From Geopsychrobacteraceae bacterium (GTDB taxonomy: Bacteria; Desulfobacterota; Desulfuromonadia; Desulfuromonadales; Geopsychrobacteraceae): 64,000 nucleotides of DNA. Below, piece after piece: positions 20,307 through 29,921 of the stretch. The stretch spans positions 2,944,001 to 3,008,000 of the forward strand of contig OY759353.1 in assembly GCA_963662315.1 (NCBI GenBank). The letters are read 5' to 3'. Positions within the stretch are counted from its first letter, which is position 1. Each line of letters begins with the position of its first letter. The notes beneath the pieces were generated by a model, which was given only the letters and a program-made list of their open reading frames with translations, searched no databases and had not been told where the DNA came from. A program made the position numbers and the translations under genes.

Positions 20307-22054
20307 TGAACACCCCAGCCGCTGCCAGCGAACTGCTCCCCCAATGGCAAACAGCATGGCCTCAGGCCCTGCAATGCTGGAGCGCTTTTACTCAGCTGCG
20401 CGCACCCGTACTATGCCTTACAGATCAACAGGCCCTCAAGGAAGGATTGAACGACTCCTTTGCCATGATCCGGCTACACGACCAGACCGTTGTCGTCAAC
20501 TTGGAAGCCATTGCCAAACAAAACCTTGGCGACTTCGCCGTGGCCATTCTCGCTCACGAGGTTGGCCATCATGTGCTGGCGCCAGCCAACCTCAATGATC
20601 ATGTGCGGTTGATTGCCCGCATCCGGCGCGCCCTGCCAACCTTCGAACATTTCGCTCCTTTAATTGCTAACCTATATACCGACCTGCTAATTAATGACCG
20701 TCTGCAACGCCGCAACCAGTTGCCCATGGCGGCTATCTATCAAACCATACGTCAAGCCAGCCCGGCGGCAAATGATGCCATATGGTGCCTCTATATGCGA
20801 ATTTATGAGTTGCTCTGGGGCCTGGAAACAGCCAGTTTGAGTGGCCGCCGCTGTACCAGTGCCCAAGAAGGTGACGCCATCCTCGGAGTGCGTTTGCTGC
20901 GCAGCTATGCCTATGAGTGGCTGGCTGGCAGCGGTCGCTTTGCCTCCCTGTTTCTCCCCTACCTGGCAGAGCAGCAACAGACCCTGCTGACGGCTTGGTT
21001 TGACACTCGACACGCCGGACAAGGAGGGCTCCCCTCCGGCTTGACCATAGAAGAAAGTGGCGAACAGGAAGGTGCTCTTCACCCTGTGGAAGATCCCAAT
21101 ATCAATGACAATGCCCCTGCTAAAACTACGAATGAAACCCAGAGAAACAGCCATGGGCAGGCTCGTGATCCCTTTACCTATGGTGAGATTCTACGTGCCA
21201 GCGGCATCGAACTGAGTGACCACGATATCGCCGTGCGTTATTACAAAGAACGTGCTCTACCATACCTGATTCCGTTCCCCGGTTGCCCTCAACCTCGTCA
21301 TAATGAACCACTCCTTGAAGGGGTTGAGCCTTGGGAATTAGGCGACCCTTTAGACCAGATCGACTGGTTGAGCAGCCTGCAAATCAGTCCACAGGTTGTC
21401 CCCGGACTGACTACCGTCCAACGCCAATGGGGAACCACCAGTCAGAATCAACCGCGCCCGCACCCCCTGGATCTTGATCTCTATATCGATAGTTCCGGAT
21501 CTATCGCCAATCCCCAGAGCCAGATCTCCTACCTGGCCCTGGCAGCCGCCATCATGGCCCTGTCGGCCCTGCGCGCTGGAGCCCGGGTTCAAGTGACCCT
21601 GTGGAGTGGCAAGGAGCAGGTCCAGACGACAGCTGGTTTCTGCCGTGATGAACAACAGATTCTCAAAGTTATGACCGCTTTTTTCGGTGGTATGACCGCA
21701 TTCCCCATTCCCCACCTGCGCCAGACCTATACCAGACAGTGTGAAAGGGCCACCCATATCATGATGATTTCCGATGACGGAATCGCCACCATGTTCGACA
21801 CTGATGAGCAGGGGAACAGTGGCTGGGATATCGCCGCGACAGCCCTGAAACATGCGCGTGGCGGGGGCAGCATGGTTCTGAACCTGCCGACAGACTGGCA
21901 GGAACGCGACGATTACTGGGGATATCATAAGGTCATCAAACAAGCGAGCCAGGAACAGGACTGGGACATATATCGGGTTGGCCAATGGGATGAGCTGGTC
22001 GCTTTTGCCAGCGCTTTTAGCCGCAAAACCTACGCGCTGGAAAGAGGAGCATAA
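20303..22054 (+). CDS. HExxH metallopeptidase-like domain plus C-terminal vWA domain protein
   Basis: LAHEVGHH; MIDAS DSSGS..T..ISDD; ATGA overlap with the upstream gene. Confidence 0.82.
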   Translation: MMNTPAAASELLPQWQTAWPQALQCWSAFTQLRAPVLCLTDQQALKEGLNDSFAMIRLHDQTVVVNLEAIAKQNLGDFAVAILAHEVGHHVLAPANLNDHVRLIARIRRALPTFEHFAPLIANLYTDLLINDRLQRRNQLPMAAIYQTIRQASPAANDAIWCLYMRIYELLWGLETASLSGRRCTSAQEGDAILGVRLLRSYAYEWLAGSGRFASLFLPYLAEQQQTLLTAWFDTRHAGQGGLPSGLTIEESGEQEGALHPVEDPNINDNAPAKTTNETQRNSHGQARDPFTYGEILRASGIELSDHDIAVRYYKERALPYLIPFPGCPQPRHNEPLLEGVEPWELGDPLDQIDWLSSLQISPQVVPGLTTVQRQWGTTSQNQPRPHPLDLDLYIDSSGSIANPQSQISYLALAAAIMALSALRAGARVQVTLWSGKEQVQTTAGFCRDEQQILKVMTAFFGGMTAFPIPHLRQTYTRQCERATHIMMISDDGIATMFDTDEQGNSGWDIAATALKHARGGGSMVLNLPTDWQERDDYWGYHKVIKQASQEQDWDIYRVGQWDELVAFASAFSRKTYALERGA

Positions 22055-22056
22055 AT

Positions 22057-22641
22057 ATGCGTCTTGACGGCCCGGAACTGGAAGCACTGTTACGTCACGT
22101 GGCAGATACACCGCGCGATTTTCTGTCTGACCCCCGTTTGGGTAATCAGGGTGGAGTGCATGTCGATGCTGTGGTTCAGGATCTCCTTGCGCTACTTGAT
22201 CAGCGCTTAAATCCTGACGCATTGACCACTTTTGGCCATAATCTGCCAATAACTGAACGGAACCGATTAATTATCGTACTGCTGCTATGCTGGCTACTCT
22301 ATCACCCCTGGTTCCGGCAGCAGAGTTTTCCCGCCTCCCAGGTTCTTGAGTTGTTACAGGATACCGCCACCCTGCTGGCCGGCCAGGTTACAGCGGCAAA
22401 ACTCCTTGACGATCCCGACCGCCGCGAAGAACTGGTGCGACTGACCCTGGCCCACTTCGACTACCGACCGGCCGGAGAAAGTGAAACCCTGGCCAAGGAC
22501 CGCCTGACCAGCCTCAGCTCCATCGAACGAGCACGGATCCTTGAAGCGTCACGGGCAGCCCAGCAGCGTGCCCGAGAACTGCGTGAAGCACTGCAACGCA
22601 AACGCGCCCAGGAAGCCGCTGATAAATGGACACGTGAATAG
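22057..22641 (+). CDS. Hypothetical protein (charged helical C-terminus)
   Basis: 194 aa, GAGGAG RBS, tightly coupled to its neighbours. Confidence 0.7.
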   Translation: MRLDGPELEALLRHVADTPRDFLSDPRLGNQGGVHVDAVVQDLLALLDQRLNPDALTTFGHNLPITERNRLIIVLLLCWLLYHPWFRQQSFPASQVLELLQDTATLLAGQVTAAKLLDDPDRREELVRLTLAHFDYRPAGESETLAKDRLTSLSSIERARILEASRAAQQRARELREALQRKRAQEAADKWTRE

Positions 22642-23988
22642 ATGAGCGTCCTTGATTTAAGCAACTATCCAACCTTAAGTCGTGCAGGCCAACGCTTTCT
22701 GCGTCAGCTGCAGGAACACCCTCACGCACCGCGCTTGCATAACAGCAGTGGCAACCGCCTGACCAGTAACGATGTCGCAACCCTGCGTAACTTTCTGCGC
22801 GAAGTAACCACCAGTAGTGTGACACCAAATCCATCATGGTTAAATCAATTTGCCGGCACCTGCTTGGAACAAGTCCCTTTTTACCGCCACTACGGCCTGC
22901 TTCCAGAAGCTTTTGAGCAACTTCCAACCATCAGCCGAGCTGATTTAAGCCGTGATATTACCGCCTTTATTCCTGATCATATTGAAGCCAATGAGCTCAT
23001 TATGTTCAGTACCAGTGGTACCACCGGGCACCCGCTGATTATTCCATCTCTTCCCTTGGTGGCGGCAAAATACCTCCCCTTTCACCTGAAAGCATTGCAG
23101 CGCTTCGGCATCATTCCGCAGCATGGCAGCAATCAGGTCGGGATCATGTTGATCGGTTATCAGCAACGTTGCTTTACCTATATCTCCGTCAATCCGTTGC
23201 TTAATGAATCAGGTTTGCTCAAACTCAATCTGCACCCGGATGACTGGCGTTCCCCCGCTGATCGCCAGGCCTTTCTCGATGACCTGCAGGCCGAATTCTA
23301 CAGTGGCGATCCCCTGTCTCTGTCCCGTCTGGCCGAGTTGCCGACCCAGCACTGCCCGAGGGCAATTCTTTCCACCTCTATGGCTCTGCTCCCCGGTCTG
23401 CGCCAGCAGCTCGAAAAACGTTTTAACTGCCCTCTGCTTGATATCTATTCCATGAATGAGGCTGGGCCTATCGCGGTTTATGATCCAACCTGCCAGGGGC
23501 ATGTCCTGCTACAACACTGCCTGCATGTCGAAATTCTCGACCCGGAAGGACGCCTCCTCACTTATGGTGAACGGGGTGAAATTACCATCAGCGGCGGTTT
23601 TAATAACTGCCTCCCCCTGTTGCGCTACCGCACCGGTGATTATGCCAGCATGGTCCTCTCCGGCAACAATCTGGTCCTGAACAATCTGGAAGGGCGACCA
23701 CCGGTACTGTTTCAACACAGTGCTGGTCACTGGCTCAACAATATCGAAGTAACCCATGCCTTAAGCTCTTTCGCTCTGCCCCAGTTTGCCCTGCATCAGA
23801 ATCGGGATAAATCCCTGGTTCTGTCACTGGCACAGCCCTGTGGTACTGAACCACAGCTGCGCGCTGCTTTGCACCAGCTATTCGGCCCGACACAGCTGAT
23901 AAGCATCTGTTACAAAGGGGAATTTTCCGGAAAGGTGGTGCAATATACCAGTGATCTGCAAATTGACAAGGAGACCGATTCACCATGA
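22642..23988 (+). CDS. Adenylate-forming ligase, phenylacetate-CoA ligase/CapK-like
   Basis: STSGTTG, YSMNEAG, LRYRTGD, EGR. Confidence 0.82.
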   Translation: MSVLDLSNYPTLSRAGQRFLRQLQEHPHAPRLHNSSGNRLTSNDVATLRNFLREVTTSSVTPNPSWLNQFAGTCLEQVPFYRHYGLLPEAFEQLPTISRADLSRDITAFIPDHIEANELIMFSTSGTTGHPLIIPSLPLVAAKYLPFHLKALQRFGIIPQHGSNQVGIMLIGYQQRCFTYISVNPLLNESGLLKLNLHPDDWRSPADRQAFLDDLQAEFYSGDPLSLSRLAELPTQHCPRAILSTSMALLPGLRQQLEKRFNCPLLDIYSMNEAGPIAVYDPTCQGHVLLQHCLHVEILDPEGRLLTYGERGEITISGGFNNCLPLLRYRTGDYASMVLSGNNLVLNNLEGRPPVLFQHSAGHWLNNIEVTHALSSFALPQFALHQNRDKSLVLSLAQPCGTEPQLRAALHQLFGPTQLISICYKGEFSGKVVQYTSDLQIDKETDSP

Positions 23989-24992
23989 CCCATGGTCTGA
24001 CATTAGGAAAATATGCTCCCCTGCATCGCGGCCATCAGCATGTTATTGAAACCGCTCTGGCTGAGATGGAGCTGGTTACCGTCATCATTTATGACGCCCC
24101 TGAAACGGACATTCCCCTCCCGGTGCGCGCCGGCTGGTTACGCCAGCTTTACCCCCAAGTGCAGGTCATCGAAGCCTGGGGTGGCCCCACCGACGTTGGT
24201 TATGGTGCGAAGCTCAAACAAGCTCACGAAGACTATATTATCAACACCCTTGGTATAAGCGGCATCAGTCATTTCTATTCCAGTGAGCCGTATGGTGAGC
24301 ATATGAGTATAGCCCTTAAGGCCTGTGACCGACGAGTCGACGAACAACGCCTAACGGTTCCTATTTCGGCCACCAAAATCCGCTCCAACCCTTATGCCTG
24401 TCGGGATTTTATTGATCCCATCGTTTACCGTGATCTGGTCAGCCGGATCGCCATACTGGGTGCTCCCGGTAGCGGTAAGACGACCCTCAGCGCCCAGCTC
24501 GCTCAACATTTCAATACCTGCTGGATGCCCGAATATGGACGTGAATACTGGGAACAGCATCAGGTTGCTCGCCGTCTGCAGCCACAGGAACTGGTGACCA
24601 TCGCTAAGGAACATCGTTCCCGCGAAGATCAGTTGCTGCTGACAGCCAATCGTTTTCTGTTCTGTGATACCAATGCTCTGACCACACGCCTGTTTGCCCT
24701 TGATTACCATGATCAGGTAGAAGCGGAACTGGAGGAACTGGCCACCCAGTGCCGGGACACCTATGCTTTGACCATCGTTTGTAATATTGATTTCCCCTGC
24801 CCCCAGACCTGGGATCGTTCCGGACCGGTAAAGCGCCAGCTCTTCCAGGGCCAGATCCTGGCCGATATCCATAGCCGCCATATCCCTTACCTGCTGGTGA
24901 GTGGTACAGTTCAACAACGCCTGCAGCAGATTAGTCACACCCTGCAGAATTTTCATAAATTCATGAATCCAGCCGAGTTGACCTGGGCCTGA
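23985..24992 (+). CDS. nadR: NadR-like NMN adenylyltransferase / ribosylnicotinamide kinase (no HTH)
   Basis: GKYAPLHRGH (HxGH), ISATKIR, P-loop GAPGSGKT, EYGREY, FCDT. Confidence 0.88.
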   Translation: MTHGLTLGKYAPLHRGHQHVIETALAEMELVTVIIYDAPETDIPLPVRAGWLRQLYPQVQVIEAWGGPTDVGYGAKLKQAHEDYIINTLGISGISHFYSSEPYGEHMSIALKACDRRVDEQRLTVPISATKIRSNPYACRDFIDPIVYRDLVSRIAILGAPGSGKTTLSAQLAQHFNTCWMPEYGREYWEQHQVARRLQPQELVTIAKEHRSREDQLLLTANRFLFCDTNALTTRLFALDYHDQVEAELEELATQCRDTYALTIVCNIDFPCPQTWDRSGPVKRQLFQGQILADIHSRHIPYLLVSGTVQQRLQQISHTLQNFHKFMNPAELTWA

Positions 24993-25063
24993 AAAGCGAA
25001 TTTACTTAGGTTTTATCGAGAGAAAGTTGCACCACAATTTTTTGAAAAATAGAGAGAACCCTC

Positions 25064-25702
25064 ATGCTAGCACTCCTCGACATTAACAATGTCATGCTGA
25101 ATATCGGTAATTACCCCTTAAGTTACCCGGAATTCACCGGGACGGTATGTTACCTGCTGTCCGTCTGGCTGATTGCGCGGCGTAATATGCTGACCTGGCC
25201 AATTGGCATTGCCAGCGTGCTGTTATACATGTGCTTGTTCTACCAGATTCAGCTCTATTCCGACACGATCGAACAGATCTATTACCTGGGAGCCAGTGCC
25301 TACGGCTGGTGGCATTGGCGCCAACAGGATACCACCAGCAATGATGGCATTCCTGTTTTCTACGGGTCACAACGGAATCTTGTCATTTGGGTCCTGGTTA
25401 CTGGTATCTGCAGTGTCATCCTTGGCGCTGTCATGGTGCGCATTCACTTATGGCTGCCTCAGGTTTTCACTGAAGCTGCCTCATACCCCTTTATCGATGC
25501 TCTGACTACGGTTATGAGCCTGATTGCCATGTGGCTGATGGCGCGGCGCCATATTGAAAGTTGGCTCTACTGGATCGTCGTCGACGGCTTTGGCATCTGG
25601 CTGTACAGCGTTAAACAGGTCTATTTCATCGCTTCTCTCTATGGTGTGTTACTGATTCTGGCCACAAAAGGATTTTATGATTGGCATAGCAGACACAACT
25701 AG
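25064..25702 (+). CDS. pnuC: Nicotinamide riboside transporter PnuC
   Basis: TWPIGI, YGWWHW, DALTT, ESWLYWIVVD (WxxW). Confidence 0.9.
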   Translation: MLALLDINNVMLNIGNYPLSYPEFTGTVCYLLSVWLIARRNMLTWPIGIASVLLYMCLFYQIQLYSDTIEQIYYLGASAYGWWHWRQQDTTSNDGIPVFYGSQRNLVIWVLVTGICSVILGAVMVRIHLWLPQVFTEAASYPFIDALTTVMSLIAMWLMARRHIESWLYWIVVDGFGIWLYSVKQVYFIASLYGVLLILATKGFYDWHSRHN

Positions 25703-25843
25703 CTGTAGGTAAGCACAAGCCCTTGTATAAACAACAAAATTTTTATTGTTAGAGGATCCACTGTTAAGTTATTTATTGATGTCCGGTTGAATGATGGTTA
25801 AGTATATAAGCGGCCATTTTCTTGGTTAAAGGGGAAAATAGTT

Positions 25844-26491
25844 ATGGAATTTCTCAAGCCCGACCTGCTGTTTAGACCAGCAAAAATGCGTCATCTGGCA
25901 ATAGAACATTCACTACTTCTAACCGGAGCTATTAACGCCTGCTCCGGTGTCTTTTTATTTTTGGCCTTATTCTGGCCTCTTTTTCAGTACTGCACTCCTG
26001 CGCTCACCCTGGCTCTGATTATTCTGTTCGGACCTCTGCTCGGCTTTAGCATCACCTCTAGTTACCCACGCATTGAATTTCTGGTGGCTAGACTGCTACG
26101 TGGAAAAGTGGCTCTTGAGGCCGATTTCAGGCTCTTTTCCTGGTCATTTCTGCCAGTTACCATGATATGTCTCATCATCCGTTTGGCCAGTCTGGCCTTA
26201 CCCCAGACTGAAAGAATTTTTCACATTCTTCCAGCTCTTCTCGGTACCCTATGCCTCTGGCAAGGGATAAACTACCTGATTAATTTTAAGCAGTTTCACC
26301 AATGCTCCTGGTGGCGAACCATTGTCGTGCAGGTCCTGTCCCTGGTGACAACCCTTCTGCTTCTTTTGGTCCTGTGCGTCATCATCAAAAGATACTCGGG
26401 ACTCCTGGACGAAGGAAGCATCTTGAACGGTATTTTCCTTACTAACACTATGAAAGACTTTTTTGCTGCATTAATCGGAGGCCAACAATGA
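25844..26491 (+). CDS. Hypothetical multi-pass membrane protein (Yip1-like topology)
   Basis: 215 aa with about 5 hydrophobic segments. Confidence 0.55.
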   Translation: MEFLKPDLLFRPAKMRHLAIEHSLLLTGAINACSGVFLFLALFWPLFQYCTPALTLALIILFGPLLGFSITSSYPRIEFLVARLLRGKVALEADFRLFSWSFLPVTMICLIIRLASLALPQTERIFHILPALLGTLCLWQGINYLINFKQFHQCSWWRTIVVQVLSLVTTLLLLLVLCVIIKRYSGLLDEGSILNGIFLTNTMKDFFAALIGGQQ

Positions 26492-27798
26492 CTCCATTTA
26501 AAACCTGCCGCTTGGTGCTCATTATCTTTTACTCCCTGCTGTTCACCGGTCTGGCGCTGTATGACGAACCCCCGTCTACAACCTATCTGACCCAGGTCGC
26601 TGATGAACCAACTCCAGAAATGATTGTTAACCCCAATAACCTTTGGCTCGCAATGAAGTCATTCAACAGTCTGGAACCGATTTCTCCTGAGAACTATGGC
26701 CGAGAGCTTATTAAGCACTATACTCAGGCTGTGCAACAACATGACCCGAAAGAATTGGTGACTTTTCAAAAAAAACAGCAGTATCTTTCACATCCTGAAA
26801 CAATTGAATCTGGTGTATTTAGCAAAGGGACGCTGCTCCCTTTTGTTCTTGAAAATCCTGATACCGCAACAAATTTTATTGAACAGAATAAAGAACTTTT
26901 ACAACGTTATAAAAATCTATGGAATTATCATGATTATGCCGCACTAAGCGTTCTCAATTATCTGGGTGAAAATTTGGGGACCAATGCCATGTATGCCCAA
27001 CGCCCTTTCCTGGTATCCGTGATCCTCCAGGCCAGGCAGGGAGAGATCCTCCAGGCCTTGCAGCTGCTTCATCAAGATATGGATTTCTGGCGATTTGCCG
27101 CTATCCACAACCACAGTCTGATTTCTGGGATAGTTGCCAGAGCAGGTATCAGCCAAATCATGGATCTTTGCGTGGCTCTCAGCAACTATTATCAGTTGGC
27201 ACCAGCAGACAAACAACTCGTCTCCCAAATTCTACGCCCGTTCAACACCCAAGAGCTACAATCACTCAGTAGTATTTACGGAGAATCCCGAGCTGGGCTC
27301 ATCTATTTTGCTAAGCTGGTCGCTGGACCTAAAAAGATAAACCGACTTCTGTACAAACGTCAGGCCGTCGTCAACTTGATAGCGGAGAACAAAGTAAGTG
27401 AAAATGAACTGGCCTCTCTGCCTCTAGCTGAGTTTACCAAACGGGTTCCTTCTCTTTATCCACGTAAACAAAGACAATTAGGGCTCTCTTTTTTATATAA
27501 CCCACTGGGAGAACTGTTAATACAGCAACCGACAAAGAAAGTTCTTTGTCTTGCACCATATATTGAAAAGAGTTTCTCTCTTGAAGGACAACGGCGGATT
27601 GCGTTGCTCGAAATCATGGCCCATAAAGAGGGGATCAGTCCACAGCAGATGCCTCTGTTTTTAAAGCACCAGGCGGAAACTGCAAACCTCGGCAACCCCT
27701 TTTATGAAAACCCCATGGATTGGGATAGTGAAAATCACAAAATCAGTTTTAAGCTTCCCACTGAGATGTTACCTGAGGATACCGAACTATTCGATTAA
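26488..27798 (+). CDS. Hypothetical membrane-anchored or exported protein
   Basis: N-terminal TM/signal; GGAGG RBS; ATGA overlap with the upstream gene. Confidence 0.65.
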   Translation: MTPFKTCRLVLIIFYSLLFTGLALYDEPPSTTYLTQVADEPTPEMIVNPNNLWLAMKSFNSLEPISPENYGRELIKHYTQAVQQHDPKELVTFQKKQQYLSHPETIESGVFSKGTLLPFVLENPDTATNFIEQNKELLQRYKNLWNYHDYAALSVLNYLGENLGTNAMYAQRPFLVSVILQARQGEILQALQLLHQDMDFWRFAAIHNHSLISGIVARAGISQIMDLCVALSNYYQLAPADKQLVSQILRPFNTQELQSLSSIYGESRAGLIYFAKLVAGPKKINRLLYKRQAVVNLIAENKVSENELASLPLAEFTKRVPSLYPRKQRQLGLSFLYNPLGELLIQQPTKKVLCLAPYIEKSFSLEGQRRIALLEIMAHKEGISPQQMPLFLKHQAETANLGNPFYENPMDWDSENHKISFKLPTEMLPEDTELFD

Positions 27799-28397
27799 CC
27801 AGCCTGGGGTAAACGCCAACCTTTACGGATAGCAAGCCAGCGAATCAGAAAGACGACGCTTCCGGCAACTACAAGGTTAATGCCGCGCGCCAGGCTCGCG
27901 GCATCACCAATACAGAAAATGACTCCCCCAACCAGACACGCCGAAGCATATATTTCGCGGGTCAAAACCAGGGGTATTTCCTGGCGCAACAGATCCCTGA
28001 CCATCCCTCCTGCTGTAGCGGTCATAATCCCCATCATCACTGCGCCAGGGTAGCCGATGCCGTGCTCAAGGCCCACGGAAATACCGATAACAGTGAACGT
28101 GCTCAGCCCCAGAGCATCCATCAACAGCAGGACCCGCTGCCCGCGAGTCACCAGTTTATGGAAGAAGAAAGCCAACAATGAACCTGCTACGGCCAAGGCC
28201 AGGTAACTATAATCACTGAAGATAAATGGGGGAACCCGGCCGATAAGCACATCGCGCAAGGTACCGCCGCCCACAGCAGTGACCAGTCCAAGGACAATAA
28301 CGCCATACAGATCCATCTTTTTATAGACCCCGGCAAGAGCTCCACTGATGGCAAAAGCGAGGGTCCCGACTAAATCGAGACTATAGAGAAGAGACAT
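27795..28397 (-). CDS. Trimeric intracellular cation channel (UPF0126/YadS) family protein
   Basis: AFAISG, GGGTLRD, DALGL, GGMVRD, EIYA repeats. Confidence 0.9.
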   Translation of the reverse strand: MSLLYSLDLVGTLAFAISGALAGVYKKMDLYGVIVLGLVTAVGGGTLRDVLIGRVPPFIFSDYSYLALAVAGSLLAFFFHKLVTRGQRVLLLMDALGLSTFTVIGISVGLEHGIGYPGAVMMGIMTATAGGMVRDLLRQEIPLVLTREIYASACLVGGVIFCIGDAASLARGINLVVAGSVVFLIRWLAIRKGWRLPQAG

Positions 28398-28431
28398 CTA
28401 AACTCCTGAAATTATAAGTGTCACTTATTGG

Positions 28432-29370
28432 TTACTTTCTGTCTTGAGAAAGCAATGCCTTGATTAATTCGGTATAGGGTGCAGCCTTTTCAGCCCGCCT
28501 TATACGTTCAATAACAGCACCACAGATCGCATCAATTTCCAATGGTCGCCCCATCTCCAGATCAACCAGCATCGATGTTTTAATCGCATCGAACGTGCGG
28601 ATCAATTCGAACATTTCGTCAACGTCCTGCGACCGTAGAGGAACCCCGTCTATTTGTGCTGCCTGGGCAGTTTCCTGCATCAGGCCATAAACTATCGGGC
28701 CAAACTCTGGATGGTGCGTCAGCTTTCTGGTATCCAAACGGGTGAGTGCCGATAACGGGTTGACACCATTATTAATCAGCAGTTTTCGCCATAATTCATA
28801 CTGGATATCTGGGCTGACGGTTGTTGGTATACCTGCCTGATTGAACAGCTGACCAAGGTCGGCTAACTTCTTGGATAAAGCAGGATTCCTCTCTGCATTT
28901 GGCCAGGCTCCCATGATAATCTGAGCCGGTCCTCGGGCTTCGATGGTTCCAGGAGCAATAATATGACCACCAATTCTCACTGCCAGGCCGCCAACAACCC
29001 GCTGAGGATCAATACAATCCGCTATCAAGCGCTCGTTGTCTACACCATTCTGCAACGATATAACCGGGATCGATCCATCATTCAACCAGTCCCCCGCTTC
29101 TTCCAGCAAGGTCTCTGTCGCCGTCGCTTTAAGGGTTATCAAAATAGCAGAGAAATCATTGGCCTGGTATTGCTGCTTCAGTTCAATAGCAGAAACCGCC
29201 CGAACCGGTGCATGAAATTTCAAACTTTCATGTTGAACCCTCAGCCCTTGTCTCTGCAGAGCCTGCAAATGCTCACCCCGAGCCACCAGAACAGCAGCGT
29301 GACCTGCCTGCTGTAAGCGAGCACCATAGTAGGCTCCGATGCCACCGGCTCCCCAGATAAGAAATTTCAT
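28432..29370 (-). CDS. panE: Ketopantoate reductase family protein
   Basis: GAGGIG, LQNG, WRKLLIN, SMLVD..RPLEIDAI. Confidence 0.85.
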   Translation of the reverse strand: MKFLIWGAGGIGAYYGARLQQAGHAAVLVARGEHLQALQRQGLRVQHESLKFHAPVRAVSAIELKQQYQANDFSAILITLKATATETLLEEAGDWLNDGSIPVISLQNGVDNERLIADCIDPQRVVGGLAVRIGGHIIAPGTIEARGPAQIIMGAWPNAERNPALSKKLADLGQLFNQAGIPTTVSPDIQYELWRKLLINNGVNPLSALTRLDTRKLTHHPEFGPIVYGLMQETAQAAQIDGVPLRSQDVDEMFELIRTFDAIKTSMLVDLEMGRPLEIDAICGAVIERIRRAEKAAPYTELIKALLSQDRK

Positions 29371-29491
29371 GCGAACTCCCTGAATGTCATGAGCTGAATT
29401 ATTCGATTAAATTCCATTCAAACATATTGATTTTTGAATCTATATTCATGTAATGTGCATTTACACAATATTTAAGGAGGATATCAATTTA

Positions 29492-29917
29492 ATGAATATC
29501 TACAAAAACCAGACCAGTAAACCCCTTTCACAATTTGTCACTGACTTTACCGCATCCCTCTCCACCTGCGGTTTTTTAGTTCACAACGCCGATAAAATGG
29601 CTATGGCACACCTGTTCGGCCAACATGGCATTAGTGCTCCTGGCGATTTTGATCTGCATATGCTGCAACTGTGTAAACCTGAAAAAGCGTCAAAAAGCCT
29701 GTTTAAAAATCCTGAGCGCTCAGTATTAATGCCCAAATTTGTTATGCTATTTACAAAAAATGGGATGACTCAGATCCGTTTTCTGCACTATTCACCGGAT
29801 GCGGTTCGCAGTTTAATCGATGACGACGTATTCCCACAATCTCTGGAAGAAACATTCGCCACCATCATCACCATGATCGAAGAGAACATACCTGTGACAT
29901 TAAAGGAGGCCTGTTGA
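29492..29917 (+). CDS. DUF302 domain protein
   Basis: LQLCKPEKA motif; AAGGAGG RBS before ATG 29492. Confidence 0.65.
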   Translation: MNIYKNQTSKPLSQFVTDFTASLSTCGFLVHNADKMAMAHLFGQHGISAPGDFDLHMLQLCKPEKASKSLFKNPERSVLMPKFVMLFTKNGMTQIRFLHYSPDAVRSLIDDDVFPQSLEETFATIITMIEENIPVTLKEAC

Positions 29918-29921
29918 GGTC

